Shown: positions 52,819 to 60,981 of the stretch, piece after piece
How the letters are laid out: each line of letters begins with the position of its first letter
How positions within the stretch are numbered: the stretch's first letter is position 1
Assembly (NCBI GenBank): GCA_963845185.1
Contig: CAWJRG010000005.1
Span: 128,001 to 192,000 of the forward strand
Source of the DNA: an uncultured bacterium
GTDB taxonomy: Bacteria > Oederibacteriota > PGYV01 > CAWJRG01
Length of the DNA: 64,000 nt
Direction of reading: 5' to 3'
Notes under the pieces: generated by a model
Database searches by the model: none
Seen by the model: the letters and a program-made list of their open reading frames with translations, nothing else
Told to the model about the DNA's origin: nothing
Made by a program: the position numbers and the translations under genes

Positions 52819-53184
52819 GTTTATTTTCTTGTATATAAATATATATTATTTTTGGCTTCTTGTCAAGGTATTTTATTATCTTGTATATGCTATAAATAAG
52901 CAGAAAAAGGCTGTTTTTCTTTGTATAATAACATTATCAACAATTTAAATAAATTTACCTATAAGATAGTTAATGAGAATTAAAATCCGGAATAATTTTA
53001 CCCTTATTCGCGCTCACAAACAGATTTTCGATTCATATTCCCTTTTTTGTCTTCCAGCATCTTTCCTGTCTTTCGTATCACTTTTAAATCACAAATTTTA
53101 AATTGTCAATGCAATCTCAGAAACTGTTTTTTGCTGGGTAAAATAGGATAATTTTCGGCGTGATAAATGCATTATAAAAAAAAT

Positions 53185-54158
53185 TTATCTTTTTACTACT
53201 ATATAACCTTTAACAACCCTGCTCCCTATCTGCATATATACAAAATATACATCATTTGCAACTGCTGCATTACTGTCATTTCTTCCGTACCAATAAGCTT
53301 CATAATATCCCGGGTCTCATCCTGGTCCATCAATACACTTACTGGCCTCATTGCTTTGTCATATATAATCACTTTAACCCTTGCATTTTCCTCAACCTTA
53401 ACCCTGATTATTGCCGCATCCATTTTCGACGGATTAATAACATTGTTTCCCACTATTGCTTTTTGCTGCTCAAGCAAACAACCATACGGGCAATTTTTGC
53501 CCTTGTCATTGTTATCGGCGGCTGTCACTTTTGAATCTGTTGACGAAACACTGCCTTGCATCCGGTTTACCGCATAAGCCTGTTGCGCAGGTTTATTAAC
53601 TGCCTGGCTGTTAACTGCAATATTATCACCGCCGCTGTTATTATTTATCGCTGCTGCCTGGACTTCCTTTTTTTCCGCAACAACTTTATTGTTTATTTCC
53701 TGCTTAATTTCCTGTTTTGCCGGTTCTTTCATCATTGCCTGCACAACAGGTTTTATTTTTTTGTTGTTAACAGCCGTAACTGATTTATGCTCCACCTTCT
53801 TTTCAACAAAATTAATCTTTTCATTTATATTATTTAAAGGCATCTGCATAATGAATACTGCGATTATTAGAATTACTGCAAAACTGACCGCGTAATTAAA
53901 TACAGGGAAAATGCTTAAGCCGGGTTTTTCTATTCCTGTAATATTGGCCATTATTTTGCCCTCTATATAATAGGGCACATCCACTGGCAAAGAATTCATT
54001 AGTTTCCTGTATTTCTGCATATCGGAGTAGTAATTTCGGCATTCGGAACATTCAGCTTTATGCTTATTTAATACTCCGTAATCTTCAATTTCTGCTCCGT
54101 TTTCCAGGTCTTTCATTATCATCTCTCGGTACTTTTTGCATTCCTTCCTGACTTTCAT
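53185..54158 (-). CDS. Zinc-binding anti-sigma factor (ZAS) with TM helix and FlgD-Ig/T9SS-like CTD; -1 frameshift near 53310 (324 aa if repaired)
   Basis: C...HKAECSEC (HxxxCxxC); TM FNYAVSFAVILIIAVFI; NVINP...VIIYDKAMRPV. The alternative frame continues PGYYEAYWYGRNDSNAAVANDVYFVYMQIGSRVVKGYIVVKR to TAA at 53185-53187. Confidence 0.8.
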
Positions 54159-54189
54159 TTAATTTCACCTTCCTTATTCTTACAAATTA

Positions 54190-54217
54190 TATGACAAACC
54201 AAACTGAAAAAAGTTTC
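54190..54217 (-). promoter_or_regulatory. ECF sigma-type promoter before the anti-sigma gene
   Basis: GAAACTT-N15-GTCATA between the sigma and anti-sigma genes. Confidence 0.65.
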
Positions 54218-54225
54218 GCTATATT

Positions 54226-54801
54226 TTAAAAAATTTCATCTTTTTTTAACATATCCCTAAGATTATCTCTGGCCCTGAATAATTTGCTTTTTACAGCTGA
54301 TACTGATAATTTCATTATTTTTGAGATATCCTCGTAAGAAAGAGCATTTATATCCCGCATTATTAAAATGTTTTTCTGCTCGCTTGTAAGTTCGCTTATT
54401 CTTTTATATATCATCTTTCTCTTTTCGTTGGTGATTAAAATCGAATCGGGCTTTTTCTCTTCCTTGTCTTTTATTTCTAACTGTTTATTTATCTCTTCAT
54501 CGCCAGGGTAAATGTCGTCCATTATAGGCGCGCGTTGCCTTTGAAGCTGTTTTATTTTATTTTTGCATACATTTACAGTTATCCGGTAAATCCATGTGCT
54601 GATTTTGGATTCGCCCCTGAAACTTTTTATATTGTTATATACATTTAAGAATATTTCCTGGGTTGCGTCCTCTGCGTCCTGCTGATTTCTAAGGTATGTA
54701 TAAGAGTGATTATATACCACCCTCTTATAAGTTTGGATTATTTCCCTGAAAGCATTCGTGTCTCCTTTTTTAATTTTTTTAATTATTTCTTTCTCATCCA
54801 T
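54226..54801 (-). CDS. ECF RNA polymerase sigma factor
   Basis: DAEDATQEIFL, SFRGESKISTWIYRITVN, LSYEDIS, AVKSKLFRAR. Confidence 0.95.
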   Translation of the reverse strand: MDEKEIIKKIKKGDTNAFREIIQTYKRVVYNHSYTYLRNQQDAEDATQEIFLNVYNNIKSFRGESKISTWIYRITVNVCKNKIKQLQRQRAPIMDDIYPGDEEINKQLEIKDKEEKKPDSILITNEKRKMIYKRISELTSEQKNILIMRDINALSYEDISKIMKLSVSAVKSKLFRARDNLRDMLKKDEIF

Positions 54802-54879
54802 TTATACTCTCCGTTTTTACCATGCTGTTATAATATATAGAAAATATGCCCTAAAAATGTTTCTAAACTATATGCATCT

Positions 54880-55806
54880 TTAAAATTCCGCCTTGATTGT
54901 AATCCTATGTTCATTATCCGATATAAAAAACGGCTTATAAGCGTAATCAAGCGTAAAATACTGCCAGTTAATTCCTAAGCCTACGGCCAAATTTCCTTCA
55001 TCCCCGCCCAGAACATAACCATACCTGAATGTAAGAAAGTTTAAATATTTTACTTCCAACCCCAGGGCCGTTTCCGCGCTTTCAGCCTCATTAAGATAAA
55101 ATCTTTCTTCGATATAAAGTGAAGCACTGTATTGATCCCTGTTGCTGTATATCAGCATGCCGTAACCGCCCCTTGCCAAAATCGGTAAAAGTATCTTATC
55201 CTGCCAGTACTCGCTTGTTATCCCTATATTTTCAAGCAAAAGTCCCAGGTTGTAATTCCTTTCCTGATTTTTGTATAATAAACCTATATTACAGCTTGCT
55301 CCTAAAGTTTGATTAGTATAAAGCATGCTGCGCAGTAATTTAAGATTTATCCCGGCGGATATATTGCCTGTCAGGTCATTCGCGTACATTGCGCCTAAGA
55401 CCATATCTGAATTATCAATGTTTCCAATGGGATTGCCAAATTGATCCGTCTTTGCCAGCTGGTCGTTCGCGTCATACATGAATGAAAACCCGATTGCGCC
55501 GTAATTTTCCTGCGGCTGGAGATACATTATCTGCTCGTAATGCGTGCTGAAAACAGAAACATAATTGGAAAAAATTGCGTATTTGTTTTTTATACCAGCG
55601 AGCGCAGCCGGGTCGACATCAGCTGCCCCAGGCTCCGCGTAATAAGGCGTATATATCCCTCCCAATGCCGTTTCCCTTGCAGGAATATCCACAAGTAAAA
55701 ATGACGATGCTGTTTCCCCTGCGGCATATAACTTATAATACATTGCTAAAGAAAAAAAAATAAAAAAGCAAAATATATATATGTTTTTCCCGTTTACCTT
55801 TTGCAT
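54880..55806 (-). CDS. PorV/UPF0164-like outer-membrane barrel
   Basis: SFLLVDIPARETALGG...DPAAL, LDYAY, HRITIKAEF. Confidence 0.78.
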   Translation of the reverse strand: MQKVNGKNIYIFCFFIFFSLAMYYKLYAAGETASSFLLVDIPARETALGGIYTPYYAEPGAADVDPAALAGIKNKYAIFSNYVSVFSTHYEQIMYLQPQENYGAIGFSFMYDANDQLAKTDQFGNPIGNIDNSDMVLGAMYANDLTGNISAGINLKLLRSMLYTNQTLGASCNIGLLYKNQERNYNLGLLLENIGITSEYWQDKILLPILARGGYGMLIYSNRDQYSASLYIEERFYLNEAESAETALGLEVKYLNFLTFRYGYVLGGDEGNLAVGLGINWQYFTLDYAYKPFFISDNEHRITIKAEF

Positions 55807-55815
55807 TTTACATCT

Positions 55816-56814
55816 TTATGCAGAGTCTCTTATAATCAAAGTGGGTTCAAATGTAATTACCCTGCTAGTGTCGCTGGATTTTTTTTCAATGATATTTAAT
55901 AGCATATCCAACGCCTGCATTCCCATTTCCGCTATAGGCTGTTTTATTGTAGTTAAAGCCGGTGTTGTAAGGGTTGCCATGTATAAATCATCGAAACCCA
56001 CAAGCGACATGTCATCGGGTATCCTGATATTATGCGCCTTGGCTTCGGCCATTATACCCATAGCGCAAACATCTCCTGCAGCAGAAAAAACCGCATCAAT
56101 TTTCCTTCCGTCATTAACAATCTTTCGCATTACTTCCTTGCCTTCCTCAAAAGAATAATGAATAATTCTAATTATATTATCCTCATTTACCTGCATGCCG
56201 TTATCACGAAGCGCTTTTTCATATCCTGCCTGCCTCTCGTAGGCATTGGCAGCGACTTTTTGGCCTAAAACTATCGCTATATTTTTACGGCCTTTCTTAA
56301 TAAGATAATCTGTCGCGATATATCCGCCCTTTTCATTATCAACTTTAACGCAAGGCGCTCCTTCAGTCACCTGCTCGATAAGCACAACAGGCATTTCCTG
56401 ATTTTTAAACTCATCAATAAGATGTTTGTCAAAAGTGGCAGTCATGCTTAAGACCCCGTCTACCCTTCTCTCATAGAATATCTTTTTCAAAATTTCCCTT
56501 TCATTTTCAGCCGAACCGCGAGTGGAATACAGGCTCAAATTATATTTTGTATCGCTAAGCCGCTGTTCCACGCCTTTTACAAGTTCAAGCGAAAAGACAG
56601 ATGCAAAAGAGGTTGCTACCAGGCATATATTTTCCGTCTTGCCCATAACCAGGCTTCTTCCTATATAATTAGGATGATAGTTCATTTCCTGTATGGCTTT
56701 TAGAACTTTTTCCCTGGTTGCTTCGCTTATCTTTTTATTGTTATTTATTACCATGGAAACAGTGGCAGCCGTAACCCCTACTTTGCTCGCTATGTCTTTG
56801 ATTGTTACCCTCAT
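55816..56814 (-). CDS. LacI family transcriptional regulator
   Basis: TIKDIASKVGVTAATVSMVIN HTH, YHPN, IPDDMSLVGFDD, LTTIKQP. Confidence 0.96.
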   Translation of the reverse strand: MRVTIKDIASKVGVTAATVSMVINNNKKISEATREKVLKAIQEMNYHPNYIGRSLVMGKTENICLVATSFASVFSLELVKGVEQRLSDTKYNLSLYSTRGSAENEREILKKIFYERRVDGVLSMTATFDKHLIDEFKNQEMPVVLIEQVTEGAPCVKVDNEKGGYIATDYLIKKGRKNIAIVLGQKVAANAYERQAGYEKALRDNGMQVNEDNIIRIIHYSFEEGKEVMRKIVNDGRKIDAVFSAAGDVCAMGIMAEAKAHNIRIPDDMSLVGFDDLYMATLTTPALTTIKQPIAEMGMQALDMLLNIIEKKSSDTSRVITFEPTLIIRDSA

Positions 56815-56836
56815 TTGTTCGCTCCTTTTATTTAGT

Positions 56837-56867
56837 GTAAGGGGAACGGCCTTGTTCCGTTCCCCGC
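56837..56867. repeat. REP-like hairpin before lacI
   Basis: GTAAGGGGAACGG...CCGTTCCCC. Confidence 0.5.
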
Positions 56868-56930
56868 ATTGTTGTTTTAATCGTCTGTATATGGTTTATT
56901 TCGTAAAAAATTATAATAAATCTATAAAAA

Positions 56931-58340
56931 CTATTTTTGCTGTTGCTGTTGTCCGGCTGCAGGCGTCTGTTGCTGCTGTTGCCCTGCTGCAGGAACTTGT
57001 TGTTGCTGTTCCTGTCCCTGTTGCACCCCTAAATCCGCGCCCGATTTAATACGGTCAATAAAATTCTTGAGCTGCAGATTTGTCGGATCGCATTCCAGTG
57101 CTTTGTTATATGCCTGCATGGCAAGGTCATTTTTCCCGGTATTTAAAAAACACGCGCCAATGCCTATATAAGCCGATGAGTAATTCCTGTTTCTTTTCAA
57201 GCACTCCTTGAATTGATCCATGGCCTCAGAATACTTTCTATCAGAGAGAAACGTGTATCCTTTTTTGTAATATTCTTTTGCCAGGGCAACATCCTCTTGC
57301 TGAGTTCCTTGAAAAATTCCGAACATCATTCCCGAGACTGATATTCTGTGTGCCAGGCCCAAATCGCCGTAAGGTGTTAATGAGTAATCTACATCAAAGC
57401 TCATATCCTTGATTGCAGTCAGTTTATATCCCACCCCGCCGGTAAAACCGTTCAGTCCGCCAAGGTCGTAGCCGAATTTATACCCACCCCTTAAGGCTAC
57501 CGTATGGTATTTGTTCAATACCCAGTATTTTTCAACTCCGACATTCAGCCTTGCAAGCTCTTCCTCCGGATAATAAATCACGTCAATATCCGCGGCTGCA
57601 TTGTTGTCTAATAATTTAAAATATCCTTCGTCTGTAAACGGCAACATAATATTTTCAAGCGCAAATCTGTAACCAATGCCAAACCTTATGGTAAGCGGAA
57701 GATCAGGCCTGTTGGTAGACACCCCGAAATTTTGCACGCTTATACCCAAAGAATAATTTTCATATTTCGGCTTGTAATAGGCATCCAGGCTTACGGCAAA
57801 CCCGCCTCCCTGGTCCGTGTATATCTGGTCGTTTAATATGCTTGTGCTTATTCCAAGTGATAAATCCGACAAAAATGAGTTATCACCCAAAAAATCCGAC
57901 AACTTTTTTGCAAAAGCTAAATCAATGTCCATATCCGACGCATTTGCTTTTTCGTTGGTCGCTACATAATTTCCCTTAGAGTCTTCGCTTGTCACGTCGA
58001 CACTGCCGTATAAAAAAATTCCGGATAACTCCACTGTTCCAATACCTGTAATAGGCAAGGCATAAGCTCCGTACTCATCGTTTACATCCAGCAGCCATGC
58101 CGTGTGCATAAGGCAAAAATTATTCTGCGTGAGCTGGGTCAGTCCTGCTGCGTTCCAGTATATGGCGTTTACGTCATCCGCAATTCCTGTAAATGCTTCG
58201 CCCATGCCGCACTGTCTCGCGCCTTCAGGAATTTTTGTGAAATTCTCGCTTGTTACTCCTGCGCCTTCAGGGAAAATTGAGGAGGTAAAGAAAAAAGATA
58301 TTAACAACGTTGGTAAAATAAATAAAATAATTTTTTTCAT
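56931..58340 (-). CDS. PorV/UPF0164-like barrel fused to C-terminal TPRs and a Gln-rich tail
   Basis: GARQCGMGEAFTGIADDVNAIYWNAAGL; barrel end DYS.TPYGDLG..HRIS; TPR YYKKG...AYIGIG...A..AYNKAL..DP; tail QQQQ-PAAG repeats. Confidence 0.82.
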   Translation of the reverse strand: MKKIILFILPTLLISFFFTSSIFPEGAGVTSENFTKIPEGARQCGMGEAFTGIADDVNAIYWNAAGLTQLTQNNFCLMHTAWLLDVNDEYGAYALPITGIGTVELSGIFLYGSVDVTSEDSKGNYVATNEKANASDMDIDLAFAKKLSDFLGDNSFLSDLSLGISTSILNDQIYTDQGGGFAVSLDAYYKPKYENYSLGISVQNFGVSTNRPDLPLTIRFGIGYRFALENIMLPFTDEGYFKLLDNNAAADIDVIYYPEEELARLNVGVEKYWVLNKYHTVALRGGYKFGYDLGGLNGFTGGVGYKLTAIKDMSFDVDYSLTPYGDLGLAHRISVSGMMFGIFQGTQQEDVALAKEYYKKGYTFLSDRKYSEAMDQFKECLKRNRNYSSAYIGIGACFLNTGKNDLAMQAYNKALECDPTNLQLKNFIDRIKSGADLGVQQGQEQQQQVPAAGQQQQQTPAAGQQQQQK

Positions 58341-58380
58341 ATTTTTCAATCTCCCTTCGTTAATAAATATTCTTATTTAA

Positions 58381-58409
58381 ATTTTATCAAATTAATCGAT
58401 TAAAATCAA
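58381..58409 (-). promoter_or_regulatory. Promoter with a perfect palindromic operator
   Basis: TTGATT-N17-TAAAAT containing TTAATCGATTAA at 58392-58403. Confidence 0.6.
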
Positions 58410-58484
58410 GTTCTGTTTGTTTATTTTTTTTAACTATATTTTATCCCTAATAATCAACAAATAATATAAATCCTCTTCCACGAA

Positions 58485-60041
58485 TCAATGACGGAAATGC
58501 CGTATCCCTGTAAACACCATGGCTATTCCGTGCTCATCAGCGGCTTTTATCACTTCATCATCTCTTACCGAACCACCTGGTTGTATTATAGAACTTATAC
58601 CGAATTGGGCTACCAGGTCAACAGAATCCCTGAATGGGAAAAAAGCTTCTGATGCTAATACTGCGCCTCGTGCAGCTTCTTTTGCGTTATTTGCCGCTAT
58701 GTGCGCCGAACCCACCCTGTTTGTTTGTCCGGGTCCTATGCCTATTGCCACTTTATCTTTCGCTATAACAATGGCGTTTGATTTAACAAATTTAACAACT
58801 TTCCACGCAAACAGCATGTCTTCAATTTCTTTTTGCGTTGGTTCTTTTTTCGTCACGACTTTTAAGTCATTAATCCCTGTTTGTTTTGTATCAGCTTCCT
58901 GTATAAGCAGGCCGCCAACCACCTTTCTTATATCCATGTACTGAATAGTGTTGTCACTATATTTGTTAAAAGGCCCGGTTTTTATCAGCCTTATATTCTT
59001 TTTTTGTTTCAATATATCCAGCGCCTCTGTCTCGTATTCAGGAGCTATGACAACCTCCATAAACATCTTGTTTATTTCTTCGGCTATGCCCTTTGTCAGT
59101 TTCCTGTTTACAGCAGCTATGCCACCATAGGCTGAAACAGTATCCACATTAAGAGCCTTGACATAAGCCTTTGTTATGTCCGGATCGCAGGCAACTCCGC
59201 ATGGGTTTGCATGTTTGAGTACAACTGCGGCAGGCTCTTCAAATTCTTTTACAATATTCAAAGCCGCATCAGTATCGTAAATATTATTGAACGAAAGCTC
59301 TTTTCCGTGCAGTTGTTCCGAGCTGCCCAGGTTTGTTTCCCTGCATCCGTCAAACACATAAAAAGAAGCTTTCTGGTGCGGATTCTCGCCGTACCTCATG
59401 TTCTGCTTTTTATCGACGCTTATTAAAATTTTTTCCGGAAGGTCCTCGCTTTTTATAAGTTTTTGCTCTAGGTAGTTGGAAATATAAGTGTCGTAATCAG
59501 CCGTGGTCTTATATGCTTTTACGCGCAGATAGTTAAGTGTTTCGTCTTTTATACCACCGTCTTTTAATTCTGCCAGGACTTTGGAGTAGTCTTTCTTGTC
59601 GGTTAAAACAGCTACTGACTGGGCATTCTTTGCAGCCGAGCGTATCATTGACGGCCCGCCTATGTCTATGTTTTCAATTACTTCATCAAGCGGTATATTG
59701 TCTTTTTTTATTACCTGTTTAAAAGGGTAAAGATTTACAACTACCATATCAATGGGTTTAATACCGTGTTTTTCCAAAGTATCCATGTGCTCTTTTTTAT
59801 TTCGCAGCGCAAGCAGCCCGCCGTGCACTTTCGGGTGCAAAGTCTTTACTCTGCCGTCAAGCATCTCGGGGAAACCTGTCACTTCGGAAATATCCATGCA
59901 CGCAACACCTGCTTCTTTCAAGGCCTTAGCCGTCCCGCCCGTGGATATGATTTCCGCTCCCAGATTTTTCAGTTCTTTCGCGAGTTCAACAATTCCTTCC
60001 TTGTCCGATACACTGATTAAAGCGCGCTTTACCTTTAACAT
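58485..60041 (-). CDS. purH: Bifunctional AICAR transformylase/IMP cyclohydrolase
   Basis: RALISVSDK, GRVKTLHP, IDIGGP, RYGENPHQ, KSNAIV, GIRHFRH. Confidence 0.98.
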   Translation of the reverse strand: MLKVKRALISVSDKEGIVELAKELKNLGAEIISTGGTAKALKEAGVACMDISEVTGFPEMLDGRVKTLHPKVHGGLLALRNKKEHMDTLEKHGIKPIDMVVVNLYPFKQVIKKDNIPLDEVIENIDIGGPSMIRSAAKNAQSVAVLTDKKDYSKVLAELKDGGIKDETLNYLRVKAYKTTADYDTYISNYLEQKLIKSEDLPEKILISVDKKQNMRYGENPHQKASFYVFDGCRETNLGSSEQLHGKELSFNNIYDTDAALNIVKEFEEPAAVVLKHANPCGVACDPDITKAYVKALNVDTVSAYGGIAAVNRKLTKGIAEEINKMFMEVVIAPEYETEALDILKQKKNIRLIKTGPFNKYSDNTIQYMDIRKVVGGLLIQEADTKQTGINDLKVVTKKEPTQKEIEDMLFAWKVVKFVKSNAIVIAKDKVAIGIGPGQTNRVGSAHIAANNAKEAARGAVLASEAFFPFRDSVDLVAQFGISSIIQPGGSVRDDEVIKAADEHGIAMVFTGIRHFRH

Positions 60042-60208
60042 TTATTTTCCTCCTGAATTTTGGTGCAACCCCGCCGGCAGTAGTCGGCGGCTCCTTTAAA
60101 ACCCACCGGAGGTTATAATGAGTTCCCTTCGGAAAGGCAATAGTCCCGAGCGTAGCCGAGCGGATATAATTCATCCCCCAAATTAAGTTGGGGGAATTTC
60201 TTTCTGGA

Positions 60209-60541
60209 TTAAATACTCTTTTTGAAATCCTCAAGTATCTCTTTTGCTTCCGTCAGTTTCTTTTTGTTTACAAAAACAGTGGCAAAGGATGCTTTTGAAT
60301 TTGAACGCAGGACTGTCCTTGAATGAGGCAGTAAATTATTCCTTAAAAAACATTCTATGTCGTTTTCTTCAAGCATGGATATAAGAGTCATGCCCTCAAC
60401 TTCATTGTTAACATCTGCCAGCTCAATGCTGTCAAACTCCGGGTGTTTTTCTTCTTCCAGCTTTTCAACCAGTTTTTCGCCGCAATCAGGACAGGTTGTA
60501 ACTCCTTTTTCGTATTCATATTTGCAGTTGGGGCAAAACAT
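60209..60541 (-). CDS. Zinc-ribbon plus DUF2007-like small protein
   Basis: MFCPNC...CPDCG; S.LEENDI.C; V.V......EAKEIL. Confidence 0.75.
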   Translation of the reverse strand: MFCPNCKYEYEKGVTTCPDCGEKLVEKLEEEKHPEFDSIELADVNNEVEGMTLISMLEENDIECFLRNNLLPHSRTVLRSNSKASFATVFVNKKKLTEAKEILEDFKKSI

Positions 60542-60596
60542 TTTGATTAAAGTCTCCAATCTCAAAAAGAAAGGTTTTTTGTTGACTGGTGGAGCT

Positions 60597-60714
60597 CCCC
60601 GCCTTCATAGGCGGGACACCTTTAATAAATTCTTTAATATGCTCCCTCCCCGCAGCGCTATAAAATCCCGCCTCTACGAAGGCGGGGTTTTTCGCGGAGC
60701 GGGATTTAAATATA
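60597..60714. repeat. Paired CCCGCC-N-GGCGGG hairpins resembling IS200/IS605-type ends
   Basis: CCCGCCTTCATAGGCGGG and AATCCCGCCTCTACGAAGGCGGGGTT; no transposase nearby. Confidence 0.4.
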
Positions 60715-60981
60715 CAATTTTTTTTTATTTTTTTCAATATCCTTCTTGCACAATTTTTCACTTATAATATTTTTCAATTGACTAAAAGTTAGTCTTACTA
60801 TATAATTTTTTGCAGTAATTTTAGAACAAATATTTTGGCTTATGTTTTCTTTCTTGCTGTATAAAAACAAAAAACCATAAGATAAATTGCGCTGTTTAAA
60901 GCGCCACATCAAGCGCAAAGGCCTGATGTGGCATTTATTTTAGGCCGATTGTGTCAAAAGTTTGAACCAGGAGGTTTTATC

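Noticed and set aside
60042..60200. ZMP/ZTP riboswitch upstream of purH
   Set aside because: The expected GACTG...GTGG and CGCCTGGGCA elements were not found.
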